NCBI GenBank assembly: GCA_030603385.1
Contig: JAUVXW010000012.1
Location: 1 to 64,000 of the forward strand
Direction: 5' to 3'
Length of the DNA stretch: 64,000 nucleotides
From: Promethearchaeota archaeon
Lineage (GTDB): Archaea > Asgardarchaeota > Lokiarchaeia > Sigyniarchaeales > SOKP01
Shown here: positions 20,802-31,487 of the stretch, piece after piece
Layout: every line of letters starts with the position of its first letter
Numbering within the stretch: position 1 is the stretch's first letter
The notes under the pieces: model-generated
Database searches by the model: none
The model's input: only the letters and a program-made list of their open reading frames with translations
Told to the model about the DNA's origin: nothing
Made by a program: the position numbers and the translations under genes

Positions 20802-21728
20802 TTATGTAAGCTTACCTTTAATCTGTTTGGCACGGCTCCTCAATGTAACCTCAGTAATTTTAGCAATAAAAGCTACTTTTGATTGGGTTTTTCTAATAGA
20901 ACCATTCTTTGCGGCAATATAAATGCAAGCAGCAGCTAAACCCTTCGGATCTTTTCCTGTTCGTTTTAATCCATTCTTCGAAGCATCTTTCAACATATTA
21001 ATTGCGTTTTTTTGAATTTGAATTGGAAGGTCTAATTCATTTCCAAAACGAAATACCAGAGATTCGGCAGTTATAGGTTGATATCTAAGGTTTAATTCCG
21101 GTAAAACCTCCCTAATTATCATTGCAAGACTCCTATGAACAGTTCTTCTTGGTGTTAAAGAGGCTTCACATACCTCATCTAATAATCGGGGAAAGTCATG
21201 AACACGAATCGCAGCATATAAGGATCCTGCTATAAATCCGTTAATTGACCGTCCCATTGTTAACTTTTTCTTTGCTACAATGCTATATATTTTCCAAGCT
21301 GTCTCTGCAATATATTCTGGAATATTAAGCTTAGACGTAAGCATTTTTAGTTTTGGTTTAGCTTCCCAAAAATTCCTTTCAATACTCGAAATTAAAGAAT
21401 TTTGGATTTTTGAAAGACGAGAAAAAAGAGCTTGTTCTTTCGCACCAATGCTCTTCCCTTTGCTGTCAGTCTTCGTATTAGGGAGCATTGTACGGGGTCC
21501 AAAGTCTCTCCAGCGAGGTTCTGTCCTACGGCGGGTCTGTATTTCCTCCACAGTATAAGCTCTGCGCTCATTTCCCACAAAAGTTCTTTCAAATATTAGT
21601 CCACAATTTAAACACACTTTATTGCCGTCTCTAGATTCAATAAATGGAGTTTCACAACAAAAAGTTTGAGGTACGACGTTCTCATCTACTTTACTATTAA
21701 AATAACGATTACGGTATTGTTCGTTCAT
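20802..21728 (-). CDS. tfb: Transcription initiation factor IIB
   Basis: Zn ribbon CC...CLNCG, ERRAY B-reader, GRS, GKDPKGLAAACIY and ITEVTLR motifs. Confidence 0.92.
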   Translation of the reverse strand: MNEQYRNRYFNSKVDENVVPQTFCCETPFIESRDGNKVCLNCGLIFERTFVGNERRAYTVEEIQTRRRTEPRWRDFGPRTMLPNTKTDSKGKSIGAKEQALFSRLSKIQNSLISSIERNFWEAKPKLKMLTSKLNIPEYIAETAWKIYSIVAKKKLTMGRSINGFIAGSLYAAIRVHDFPRLLDEVCEASLTPRRTVHRSLAMIIREVLPELNLRYQPITAESLVFRFGNELDLPIQIQKNAINMLKDASKNGLKRTGKDPKGLAAACIYIAAKNGSIRKTQSKVAFIAKITEVTLRSRAKQIKGKLT

Positions 21729-21781
21729 ATTTTCTCACAAATTATTAAATTAAAAAAGAATATGGCAAGTTCAATAATATC

Positions 21782-21801
21782 CTTATCACAACGGTGATAA
21801 G
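21782..21801. promoter_or_regulatory. 8-4-8 inverted repeat CTTATCAC-AACG-GTGATAAG in the tfb/aor divergent intergenic region
   Basis: Perfect palindrome arms seen directly. Confidence 0.45.
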
Positions 21802-22034
21802 ACAATGTGACAATACTTGATGTAATAATCATACATCTAGTTGTATATTTAAATCTATGTCTCATTAATTGACATTTATCTGAATTTTTTTTTTACAAAT
21901 TAAATAAATAAGAAGGTATCAGTTCATTTTTTTTCAATAAAATGAAAAAAAAATATCAAAATGTTTAGCCTAAGGATTTATGATAAATTGACACTAAGTA
22001 ATAATAATATAATTTCAATTATTATTATTTTATA

Positions 22035-23750
22035 ATGAAAATTGCCAGAATTAATGTTGATACTGAAAAATTAAAATATGAAGATATATCAGGAGAATCA
22101 AAATACTTCCTATTGGGAGGTCGTGGTTTAAGTTCTCAAATTATTCATGATGAAGTGCCACCATTATGTGACCCTTTAGGTGAGGAAAATAAACTAATTC
22201 TTGCTACGGGGTTACTTACAGGAAGTCCTTTTCCTTGTTCTGGGCGTACTTCAGTTGGGGCAAAAAGTCCGTTAACTAAGGGGATAAAAGAAGCGAACGT
22301 AGGTGGTCGCCCCTCCATAATGCTAGCCTCTTATGGGATAAGAGCATTAGTTTTAGAAGGGAAGTCACCGGAATTAAAATTTATTTTCATTGATAAAGAT
22401 GGTATTAAATTTGAATCTGCTGAGAAATATAAAGGATTTGGGAATTACAAGCTTCATGAGGATTTAGCTAGAAAATACGGAAAAAGATTAGGAATTTATT
22501 CAATTGGTCCTTCTGGAGAATATTTAATGAAAGCTGCTAGTGTTGCTACGAACGATTTAGAAGGATACCCAAGTCGTCATGCAGCTCGAGGTGGTCTAGG
22601 TGCCGTTATGGGGTCTAAGAAGATCAAAGCGATTATTATTTTTTCTAGGAAAAGTTCAGAAGTCCGAATATCTGATATAAAAAAGTTTCGAGAAGTCTCA
22701 AAACCATTTGCAAAAGAACTGGCAGAGTCCAAGAAGAATTTTTCAATTTATGGTACTTCAAATATGGTTAGAGGGATGAATGCTTATGGAGGGTTGCCTA
22801 CCAAAAATTTTAGAATGGGTTCATATGATAAAGCCATTGATATATCAGGGGAGAGACTTCATGAGCTAGTTACTGCTAGAAATGGAAGGAAACGCGTTCC
22901 ATGTAGTCCTACATGTGTTATTAAATGTTCTAATATAATTGTTGATGAGAATGGAAACCATGTTACCTCAAGTCTTGAGTATGAAACTATCTTCGCAAAC
23001 GGTTCTAACTTACTAATTGATAACCTTGATGATATAGCGAGAATAGATCATTTATGCGATGATGCTGGGATCGATACCATTGAATTTGGAGTTACAATGG
23101 GTGTTGCTATGGACGCCGGCAAAGTTCAATGGGGTGATGCTCAGAAAGTATTTGAAATTTTAGAAGAAATCAAAGAAGGATCGAAAGTCGGTAAACTCTA
23201 TGGGAATGGTGTTTGTCATCTTGGAAAAGAAATCGGTTTTGATAGAATTCCTCATGTGAAAGGTCAAGGAATATCAGGTTATGATCCACGAGTCTTCAAA
23301 GCTATGAGTGTCACATACGCAACATCTCCAATGGGCGCAGATCATACTTCTGGTGCGGCTATCGCGGGAAGAGTTGCAAACCAAACGAAAGATTATGGGG
23401 AACTCACTGAAAATAAAGGAAAACTGGATTTATCTTATGAATTGCAACTTTATACTACTATTTTAGATTCTTTAGGTTGTTGTTATTTCATAGGACCGAG
23501 TTATGAAAATATGGAAATTGTGCAAGATGCATTAAACGCAATGTATAATTTAGAATTAACCAGGGAAGATGTAATTAACATTGGAAAGAGTATTTTAAAG
23601 GCTGAATTAGATTTTAATGCTAGAGCAGGAATTCTACAAGATAGGAATGATTTACCAGAATTTTTAAGAAAAGAATCATCTGAACCTACTGGTTTGAAAT
23701 TTACATTTACAAAAGAAGAATTAAATCAGTTCTGGAAAAAATTAAATTAA
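22035..23750 (+). CDS. aor: Aldehyde:ferredoxin oxidoreductase (W-dependent family)
   Basis: GGRG, KSPLT..IKEANVGG, AARGGLGAVMGSK, EYET and GADH motifs. Confidence 0.92.
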   Translation: MKIARINVDTEKLKYEDISGESKYFLLGGRGLSSQIIHDEVPPLCDPLGEENKLILATGLLTGSPFPCSGRTSVGAKSPLTKGIKEANVGGRPSIMLASYGIRALVLEGKSPELKFIFIDKDGIKFESAEKYKGFGNYKLHEDLARKYGKRLGIYSIGPSGEYLMKAASVATNDLEGYPSRHAARGGLGAVMGSKKIKAIIIFSRKSSEVRISDIKKFREVSKPFAKELAESKKNFSIYGTSNMVRGMNAYGGLPTKNFRMGSYDKAIDISGERLHELVTARNGRKRVPCSPTCVIKCSNIIVDENGNHVTSSLEYETIFANGSNLLIDNLDDIARIDHLCDDAGIDTIEFGVTMGVAMDAGKVQWGDAQKVFEILEEIKEGSKVGKLYGNGVCHLGKEIGFDRIPHVKGQGISGYDPRVFKAMSVTYATSPMGADHTSGAAIAGRVANQTKDYGELTENKGKLDLSYELQLYTTILDSLGCCYFIGPSYENMEIVQDALNAMYNLELTREDVINIGKSILKAELDFNARAGILQDRNDLPEFLRKESSEPTGLKFTFTKEELNQFWKKLN

Positions 23751-23835
23751 TAAATAAAAGATAATTCAAGAATTCTAAAAAATAATTGATAGTGAAATTT
23801 AAATGGATAAAACTAAAATAATTTCGGAGATTTAA

Positions 23836-24705
23836 ATGAGAATTGGTGCCCATATGAGTGTATCTGGGGGAAAGTTTAAAGCTTTTGAGAGAGGTAAAGA
23901 ATTAGGGTGTGAATCAATCCAAGTATTTGTTAGGAACGTGCGTGGTTGGTCTTCTGGACCTTTAAAGCAGGAAGAAATTGTTGATTTTTTAAAAAAGAAA
24001 GAAGAATTAAAGGATGAAATATGGCCAGTAATAAGCCATAACTCGTATTTAGTAAATTTGGCTACCTTAGATAAAGAAAAGTTAGAAAAATCTTATAATG
24101 CCATGATTGACGAGCTTACTAAAGTTGATCAATTAAATATAGAATACGAGAACATGCACCCTGGAGTTATTCCCATCATTGATAAGAAGGAAATCACCAA
24201 GAAAGAGGCCTTAAATCAAATTGCTGATCAATTAAATAAATTGATGGATGCAACAAAAGATTCTAAAGTTATTATTTTACTTGAAACCACTGCAGGACAA
24301 GGAAAAGGGTTAGGAAACAAATTTCATCATTTTAAATCTATTATTAATAAAATTAAGAACAAGAATAGAATAGGAATCTGTTTTGATACCGCTCATTCAT
24401 TTGCTGCAGGATATGACTTCACAACTAAAACAAAATATAATAAAATGTGGGATGAGTTTGATGACACAATTGGCTTAGCATATCTTTATGCTTTCCATTT
24501 AAATGATACTGATAAGGAATGTGGTTCAAGGGTCGATAGGCATACTCATATCGGTCAGGGAAAAATTGGAAAAGAATCTTTCGGATTTTTTATCAATGAT
24601 GATAGGTTTAAAGATATGCCTGGTATTTTAGAAACACCTAAAGGAAAAGATGATAAATTAGACATTATGAATATTGATTTATTAAAAAAATTAAGAAAAG
24701 CCTAG
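23836..24705 (+). CDS. nfo: Endonuclease IV
   Basis: IGAH, HPG, LETTAGQG, DTAH, HLND, DRH and LETP motifs. Confidence 0.93.
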   Translation: MRIGAHMSVSGGKFKAFERGKELGCESIQVFVRNVRGWSSGPLKQEEIVDFLKKKEELKDEIWPVISHNSYLVNLATLDKEKLEKSYNAMIDELTKVDQLNIEYENMHPGVIPIIDKKEITKKEALNQIADQLNKLMDATKDSKVIILLETTAGQGKGLGNKFHHFKSIINKIKNKNRIGICFDTAHSFAAGYDFTTKTKYNKMWDEFDDTIGLAYLYAFHLNDTDKECGSRVDRHTHIGQGKIGKESFGFFINDDRFKDMPGILETPKGKDDKLDIMNIDLLKKLRKA

Positions 24706-24706
24706 A

Positions 24707-25111
24707 TTATTCCATCTCAAACCAAACAGGACTTTTATCATTAACTAATCCATTATAATTTACTTCTATTTCCTCGCCTTTAGAAATATCCCGTAATGTT
24801 TCAAATTCAATGCAATTATTATCATAATAATATATATATCTAACATTTGGAGCAAAAGAATGATTTATGAATTGACTAATGCTTAAAGATATAGCATTCT
24901 TATATTCTGGATTATATTTTGGATCTCCCCAAATATAACAATAATTATACAAAACAGTTTTACTAATTTTTTTATAGTCATTATTTGGTAACGGAACTAC
25001 ATGTGCAACATCGATAATAGTTCCCTTTTTAATTTCACTTAATGCGAAAACCCCCTTACCCTTTTTTGGAGAAATAAATTTTACTTCGATTAATTCATTC
25101 ATTAATACCAC
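24707..25111 (-). CDS. SET-domain protein-lysine methyltransferase (single domain)
   Basis: GKGVFA, FINHS..PN and RDI.KGEEI.VNY motifs. Confidence 0.88.
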   Translation of the reverse strand: MVLMNELIEVKFISPKKGKGVFALSEIKKGTIIDVAHVVPLPNNDYKKISKTVLYNYCYIWGDPKYNPEYKNAISLSISQFINHSFAPNVRYIYYYDNNCIEFETLRDISKGEEIEVNYNGLVNDKSPVWFEME

Positions 25112-25130
25112 TAATTAATTTATATGAAAT

Positions 25131-25718
25131 TTATTCTATTGAAGCATGTCTTTTATCAATGTCAGCTTCTGTTACACCCAATTTTTTCATTAGTACACCA
25201 CCTATTGAATCTAAGACAGCTAAAGTTGAAATATCAAACAGGCTTGTATATGGTGCGAGAGTCTCTTGTGAAAGAGCCACATCCTTACTTTTACCTTTAA
25301 TATCAATTATATAGTCTGAAATTTTTCCAATTGTACTTTTTGGATTATTACTTAATAATATTATTTTCCCTCCAATTTCCTTTGCTTTTTTTGCTATTGC
25401 AACCGTTGAGGTTGTCTCTCCACTTCCACTGATTAAAACTAATAGATCTGTTTCTTCATATTGATAAGTTACTGCATCTGAAATAAAACAGGATCTAATT
25501 CCTAAATGCATTAGTCTTTGAGCAAAACATCTCCCAATAAATCCAGAACGCCCCGCACCATAAATAAAAACTTTATTATTTTCATCGTGCATATGTAGTA
25601 TTAAATCAATGGTGTTTAAGATATCATTAAAATTAATAATATTCGCATTTTCTTTCACTTGATTGGCGATTTCAAGCATCGTCTCATTAAATCTATCTTG
25701 AAAATCATTTGTTTTCAT
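25131..25718 (-). CDS. hxlB: 6-phospho-3-hexuloisomerase (SIS domain)
   Basis: GAGRSG, RLMHLG, ISGSGET motifs; C-terminal RHASIE. Confidence 0.85.
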   Translation of the reverse strand: MKTNDFQDRFNETMLEIANQVKENANIINFNDILNTIDLILHMHDENNKVFIYGAGRSGFIGRCFAQRLMHLGIRSCFISDAVTYQYEETDLLVLISGSGETTSTVAIAKKAKEIGGKIILLSNNPKSTIGKISDYIIDIKGKSKDVALSQETLAPYTSLFDISTLAVLDSIGGVLMKKLGVTEADIDKRHASIE

Positions 25719-25737
25719 TTTTTCTTACCATATTGAT

Positions 25738-27003
25738 TTATTCCTTATACTTTTCAGGATTAACACATGTTCGCCATTCCATTAGCGTTTCTTTAGGACC
25801 CAAACCAATAAGTAAATCTCCCTCTTTGAAAAGGAAATCCGGGTTAAAACGATAAATCCATTTATCTTCTCTCTTTAATGCTATTATATGGAAACCACGC
25901 TTATAGCGACTATGTTGTAGCTCATTATAAGTTTTTTCTTTAAAATACGAATCTTCAGAGAGAGTCTCTCTTACGACAATTTCAGACGTTTCTCGAATAG
26001 CTTGCTGTAAAATACTATGTGGTTCAAAACCTTTGACTATATTCTCTGCTATATGTGTTGCTGAATCTGCAATAAGTTCACAAGAAAAGACAATTCGCAT
26101 AATACCTGTTAGATCTCTTGGCGTTTCCACCAATTGAGCTAGATCAAGGAGATCTTTTTCAAAAGCTAAATTTAATCCATCCATTAATTCTTCCATTTCT
26201 AAAATATCTTCAGCAAGCTCTTCATTTTTAAAAAATAATGCTGCTAAAGCTAATTCTATCATACTTTCTGAGAGATCTGTTATTAAAACATAATTCTTCT
26301 GGAGTTGTTCAATTTTTTCGCATATGTCTGGATTTTCTAAATCAATTAAGAATTCTTCGTCTTTATTATCAATATCAAATGAGAAAGGCTCAGGATCTTT
26401 ACATAATACTTTCAATTCAATTATTGGTTGAATTTCACCTTTCACAATTAATATGTCATCTGTTAATATTTTTTCTTCTTTTTCGAAAAACCATTTATTT
26501 CCTCTCCGTATTGCGATTAAATCAACACCATGTTTAGATCTAAAGTGTATATCTTTTCGATATTGACCTATAAAGCTACAATCTCTTTTTACCGCAATCT
26601 TTACTATAGGTTCAGGCACGAAACTAATATCACTAAATAGTTGTACAAAATAAGATATATCCTTATTGATATAAACAACTCTAGCAATATCACTTAACGC
26701 ATCAGATATTTTATCAATCGAATAACCCATAACAACAATGGGTTCCAATGTTTTAGCTTCATTTAAGCCTCCCGGATGCGCTTGAATTATTTGAAAATTC
26801 AATAAAAAAGTGAGTTCGTGAATTCTTTGTTCCATTTTATAGGTTTCGTCAGCTAATTCTTTACTTCCAAATTTTATAGCACTATAAGCCAAATCAATCA
26901 TTAAATCAATGTTCTGTTTCATTTCCCTAATTATATCTTTTAGAGAAAGTGGTTTATATTTGAATTTTTTACTCCGTTTGGGCATATTGTTGTACTCACT
27001 CAT
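25738..27003 (-). CDS. Duplicated PhoU + TrkA-C (RCK-C) domain protein
   Basis: MIDLAYSA/MIELALAA PhoU helices; IAIRRG and IIALKRE..EGDLLIGLG TrkA-C motifs. Confidence 0.8.
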   Translation of the reverse strand: MSEYNNMPKRSKKFKYKPLSLKDIIREMKQNIDLMIDLAYSAIKFGSKELADETYKMEQRIHELTFLLNFQIIQAHPGGLNEAKTLEPIVVMGYSIDKISDALSDIARVVYINKDISYFVQLFSDISFVPEPIVKIAVKRDCSFIGQYRKDIHFRSKHGVDLIAIRRGNKWFFEKEEKILTDDILIVKGEIQPIIELKVLCKDPEPFSFDIDNKDEEFLIDLENPDICEKIEQLQKNYVLITDLSESMIELALAALFFKNEELAEDILEMEELMDGLNLAFEKDLLDLAQLVETPRDLTGIMRIVFSCELIADSATHIAENIVKGFEPHSILQQAIRETSEIVVRETLSEDSYFKEKTYNELQHSRYKRGFHIIALKREDKWIYRFNPDFLFKEGDLLIGLGPKETLMEWRTCVNPEKYKE

Positions 27004-27022
27004 TTTTCATATAAATTTGATT

Positions 27023-27574
27023 TTATATAAATATTATTATAAATAAAATAATGAATAATGGGGTTAGGAAATCGGCTAGCGATGTAATAAATGGTATAAG
27101 AAAATTATTCGGGTCCATACCTCGTTTAAATAAGTATATTGCGCCTATAAATAGCAAAATAAACATCATGAGAAAAATTATTAGAATCGTGAAAGTTATA
27201 ATCAAAACTATTATTAGTGGATTTACTAGCTTTACTCCCGAAATAACTGCAATAGAGTACCCTAAAAAAATTAAAACAACTAAGCTTAATAAAAGAGTCA
27301 TAAGAAGACCATAAAAATCTTCTTTCAACCTTTTAGATTTCTGGATTTTAGGTAATATGGTACCAATATAAAGATGCGTAGTTAATCTTGACACCAGAAC
27401 TGTTGAAATATCTCCAATTAGAGAGTTTAATGCTGGTAATATTAGAAGTAATATAGGAATTGTATAGAGTATCTCTTTATTTGATGATAACAATGTACCA
27501 GAAATTAAACCAAATATAGAGGATAAGATTACAACTATTATTGATTCTTTGAAAATCTTTATGAAATATTTCAT
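27023..27574 (-). CDS. MgtE/SLC41-type membrane domain protein (half transporter)
   Basis: PX6GD and DPNNFLIPFITSLAD motifs; ATG 27574 overlaps the upstream TAA (TAATG). Confidence 0.8.
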   Translation of the reverse strand: MKYFIKIFKESIIVVILSSIFGLISGTLLSSNKEILYTIPILLLILPALNSLIGDISTVLVSRLTTHLYIGTILPKIQKSKRLKEDFYGLLMTLLLSLVVLIFLGYSIAVISGVKLVNPLIIVLIITFTILIIFLMMFILLFIGAIYLFKRGMDPNNFLIPFITSLADFLTPLFIILFIIIFI

Positions 27575-28128
27575 TATGACACCCCCAACATTATTAATGT
27601 CAAAAAGAAACAAAAAACTGTAAAAAAATCATCAATGGCAGTCATAACAGGATTTACTACATTATTTGGGTTCAATCCTTTTTTAAACACAATATAATTT
27701 AACCCTGTTGAACACGGAATTGAAATAGAAAGGGTTAGTATTATTGAAACTATTGGAATTAGAATAAAGTGAATAGTAGGAAGAACTTTGAAATCAAATA
27801 TTATCGAATTCAAAATAATTGAAAATATACCAATGAAAATTGCCGTTATAATTGCCAAAATAAATGTAGCAAATACATTTTCAATCCATGATCTTTTGGT
27901 AAAGTCTCCAATAATTAGATCGCGAGAGGTTCTTGCTATAAAAGGACCACTTAAGTTCCCTCTTAACGAAAGAAGGGCGGGAATCATTAATATTAGGGCA
28001 AGAAAACTTTCAAAAGGCAAAATAAAGATAGAAAGGATTATCCCTGCTAGGATATCTCCAATAATTGATACTGTTTCTGATGGGAAGGTCTCCTTAACGA
28101 TTTTACCTTTAGTGTCTTGGGTCTCCAT
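27574..28128 (-). CDS. MgtE/SLC41-type membrane domain protein (half transporter)
   Basis: PALLSLRGN (PX6GN) and NPNNVVNPVMTAIDD motifs. Confidence 0.8.
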   Translation of the reverse strand: METQDTKGKIVKETFPSETVSIIGDILAGIILSIFILPFESFLALILMIPALLSLRGNLSGPFIARTSRDLIIGDFTKRSWIENVFATFILAIITAIFIGIFSIILNSIIFDFKVLPTIHFILIPIVSIILTLSISIPCSTGLNYIVFKKGLNPNNVVNPVMTAIDDFFTVFCFFLTLIMLGVS

Positions 28129-28534
28129 ATGCCATCCTCATCAGAATCTTTTGTTAAAGAAATTTGATTTACAGCCATTTTTTTTTTAATAAACCTAAGA
28201 CTTTGTTTAATTAAAAACTTATTATTATTATATTTTAATTTACTATTTTATTTAAATATTAGTTGTGCCTAGATCCATTTTATCAATTGTTAAATACATA
28301 TTAATTGAATAACTTTACAACGAATAAATCATTGGTTATACTATTCTTTAAGTTTACAAAGATGTTATTTAATAAAATATTAAATATTTTTAGAATTATT
28401 AGTAAAATCTTCAATTAGAAATTTAGAAATATCTAATCTTTAATATAAAAGAAACATTTTTTATTTGAAAAAACCAATTCTTAAATATATTTTAGGATAG
28501 ATAATGTAAAAATAATTATTAGAGTAATAATCTT

Positions 28535-30187
28535 TTGAGTCTTTGGAAGGTCATCGCTAAGAATGAAATACGATTAAAGACAAGTCGATTTAGAAAAAGA
28601 CGGAGATTATTTTTTATCATAATTTTTTCAATTTTTCTATTTTGGGGAATATATTTAGGACCTGCTCTATTTGATGCAATTTTACCAGAAATTTTAAAAG
28701 GTTTTATTGAAGAATATGGATCTTTTATTATTCCATTAATTGAATACATTTTTACTTCTTTGTTTCTAATGTATGTGATGTATCCTCTTTTTATTCTCTT
28801 TAGAAAAACTGAAATAAAAAATAAAGAAATCTTACTTTCTTCTCCAGTCAAACCAGGTGATATTTTCCTTGGTGAATTTCTTGGACGTTTTCCTTCTTAT
28901 TTCCTATTTCTTTTAGGAATCGGTCCATTTGGTATATCATTAGTTGCACAGGTTAATCCTCAAATAACCCTTTTCCATCATCTAGTTTTCTATTTAAGCT
29001 TTTTTATGATGTCCATTTTCGGTTCCTTAATAGGGGCTATAATTGCTAATTGGATTGAATCTAAATTTTTAAATAACAGGAAATTGCAAAATTTTGGGAA
29101 GATAGCACTGATTATATTGGCTATAACTATTATTGGATCTTTTTATATCATTCATTATATATTTGAATTGATAATTACTTATCCAGAGCTCAAAAGATAC
29201 CTATTCTTTTATCCTTCATTTTGGTATTCAAATATAATTCTGTATTTCATAGATCCAATTTTTATAAAATCATATAGCTTAAATCTTTGGGTAAATATTG
29301 GCTTAGGAATAGTTTTACCAAGCTTAATTTTATATATTTCATATAAAAAAGCACATTCCTTTTATGAATTAAAGAATAGAGATATAGCTGATTTAAGATT
29401 CTTTGTTCAAGAAAAAAAATATCACGACATTATAAGAAAAATCACCCCTAGGAAGTATAAAGGATTAGTTTTATTTCAAAGTAAGGTGTTTTTTAGAAGT
29501 AAAGAAAATACCTTAAAATTATTATATATCTCTGGTATTATTGTAATATTTGGGTTGTTGACGTCACTTTCTGTAGTAGAGGGTTCAGTTATTCTTGAAG
29601 AGTTTTTATCAAGCTTTCCTATTGAAACCCAAATTACTATAGATAAAAATTTAATGATATTAGTCTTATCATGGACAGGTGGAATAATTGTTGGGCTTTT
29701 CTTAGGGATGCACGTTTTTATAGATTCAAAAGATTTATTACAAGTTTACCAGAAATCACTTGTAGGAGTAAAAGGACTAATATTTTCATATCTATTCAGC
29801 CAAATCTTCCTAATAATCTTCCTTGATATCCTTATGACAATTTTTTTTACAGTAGTCTTTCAATTAGAAATTATGTTTGTACTACTTTTTTTTACTACTT
29901 TCTTTATTAATAGTAGTATTGTCCTTTCACATGCAGTTGGTATTCAGGGTATTAGACCTTTATTTGAAGAAAAACGTAAAAATATGCTTTTTAATAATTA
30001 CACAGTGATACTTTTACAAATATTATCATTATATCTTTCCCTTTACATCTTTATCCCATTATTTCCAGCATTAATAGATGTTGTAGTTGGGTTTTTCATT
30101 ATTTTTATAATAAATCTAGGTATTTCTCTAATATTTAGCATCTTAATATTACATCTTGGGATTCAAAGATTAAACAAAATAGAATAA
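28535..30187 (+). CDS. Polytopic membrane protein, ABC-2 permease-like
   Basis: About 12 TM segments; LLSSPVKPGDIFLGEF motif typical of ABC exporter permeases. Confidence 0.65.
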   Translation: MSLWKVIAKNEIRLKTSRFRKRRRLFFIIIFSIFLFWGIYLGPALFDAILPEILKGFIEEYGSFIIPLIEYIFTSLFLMYVMYPLFILFRKTEIKNKEILLSSPVKPGDIFLGEFLGRFPSYFLFLLGIGPFGISLVAQVNPQITLFHHLVFYLSFFMMSIFGSLIGAIIANWIESKFLNNRKLQNFGKIALIILAITIIGSFYIIHYIFELIITYPELKRYLFFYPSFWYSNIILYFIDPIFIKSYSLNLWVNIGLGIVLPSLILYISYKKAHSFYELKNRDIADLRFFVQEKKYHDIIRKITPRKYKGLVLFQSKVFFRSKENTLKLLYISGIIVIFGLLTSLSVVEGSVILEEFLSSFPIETQITIDKNLMILVLSWTGGIIVGLFLGMHVFIDSKDLLQVYQKSLVGVKGLIFSYLFSQIFLIIFLDILMTIFFTVVFQLEIMFVLLFFTTFFINSSIVLSHAVGIQGIRPLFEEKRKNMLFNNYTVILLQILSLYLSLYIFIPLFPALIDVVVGFFIIFIINLGISLIFSILILHLGIQRLNKIE

Positions 30188-30189
30188 AA

Positions 30190-30465
30190 TTAATACATTC
30201 TTTTTTTAGAGTTAATAACTTTCTTTACGCATTGATATAACACATTTATTGTTAAAGGTATAAGTAAGAATACAAAACCTAATGGATTAAAAAGAAAGTA
30301 ATTAGTTAATGAAAAAATAATCTCTAATGGATCAAAAAAAAATAATTGAATAAGTAAAAATAAATAAATAGCAGCACCAAATATAAAAAAGAAAGTATTT
30401 GACTTCACGGTTGATAAATATATTAATAAAAAGAATAAAAAAATCACAGAATCTATAAACTCCAT
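30190..30465 (-). CDS. Small hydrophobic hypothetical protein
   Basis: 91-aa ORF exactly filling the gap; 2-3 TM segments. Confidence 0.45.
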   Translation of the reverse strand: MEFIDSVIFLFFLLIYLSTVKSNTFFFIFGAAIYLFLLIQLFFFDPLEIIFSLTNYFLFNPLGFVFLLIPLTINVLYQCVKKVINSKKRMY

Positions 30466-30515
30466 TTTAGTTTTAAAAATTAAAAATTATATAAAAAAAA
30501 AAGAAAATATTATAT

Positions 30516-31349
30516 TTATACTTTAAACCTATTTTTTTTCCTTATTGAAAGTATTACCCCAATACATACAGCAGTAGTAATACCTATAATCATTGGAAGT
30601 TCATATCCAGGGATTTCTCCTTCATCTCCGATATTGACTGACAATATGGTTCCTCCTCCATAGGTAATTTTAGCTGTATTAAAAACACCTTTTTGGTCCC
30701 ACGTAGCAAAAATTTCCATTTGTTGTAATGTAATAGTCTCAACTGTTTGTGAGGGCATTGTTATTTTAAAACCATTTCCATATACTTCAGTGGTTATACC
30801 TGACATTCCTGGTAAAAACGAATACAGGGCTTCTAAAGCTTGAACCTCTTGAGTCCAATTTAAATTTAAAGGTACAATTAACATAGGAATGCTACTCTCA
30901 ACATATGAGGGTAAAACCTCATGATTTATAGCGTTTATTGTATCATTGAAGTAATTGGCTGTATTGTTATTTAATACGAATATAGTAAAATAATGTCCAG
31001 GAAGGGTCATTGGAACATCTCCATACCCAGGTACAGCCATTGTTATTGATATATTGATCAACGTATAATCGTATAAACTACCAACGATCTCATCACTGAT
31101 CCATTCTATTTTAGCTTTAATTGTAGTGTCAGACATAGTTTCAAACGGTGTTAAATCAATAGGAAGAGTTTCGTTCATATCATCTATGAGATTTTGTAGA
31201 TTATTTATATTTATGTGAATTTTCCATGAATATTCTTCTCCTACTTGAACACCAATGTAATCTGGAGGAGCCGCAGTAGAAAAATTAACAAAAGGAATTA
31301 GAACCAAAGCAAAAAAAATAGAAATACATACTATCCTTGTTTTTCTCAT
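30516..31349 (-). CDS. Secreted surface protein with IPGY-TM-basic C-terminal sorting signal (Loki-CTERM-like)
   Basis: N-terminal signal peptide; C-terminus EIPGYELPMIIG...IRKKNR. Confidence 0.75.
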   Translation of the reverse strand: MRKTRIVCISIFFALVLIPFVNFSTAAPPDYIGVQVGEEYSWKIHININNLQNLIDDMNETLPIDLTPFETMSDTTIKAKIEWISDEIVGSLYDYTLINISITMAVPGYGDVPMTLPGHYFTIFVLNNNTANYFNDTINAINHEVLPSYVESSIPMLIVPLNLNWTQEVQALEALYSFLPGMSGITTEVYGNGFKITMPSQTVETITLQQMEIFATWDQKGVFNTAKITYGGGTILSVNIGDEGEIPGYELPMIIGITTAVCIGVILSIRKKNRFKV

Positions 31350-31487
31350 TTTTTCTTACCTAAAATCTCTTTTTTTTTTTAAAATATAGAAAGATATTGA
31401 CATATATATACTACTTTGATTATATAAATTTATCAGTGTATTCCGAAGACAATTTATATATTAATGTAAATATCATTTTAATTAATA

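Noticed and set aside
28130-28534. Long AT-rich intergenic region as a replication origin or ncRNA
   Set aside because: No ORB-like repeats, no cdc6/orc1 nearby and no stable structure; consistent with divergent promoters
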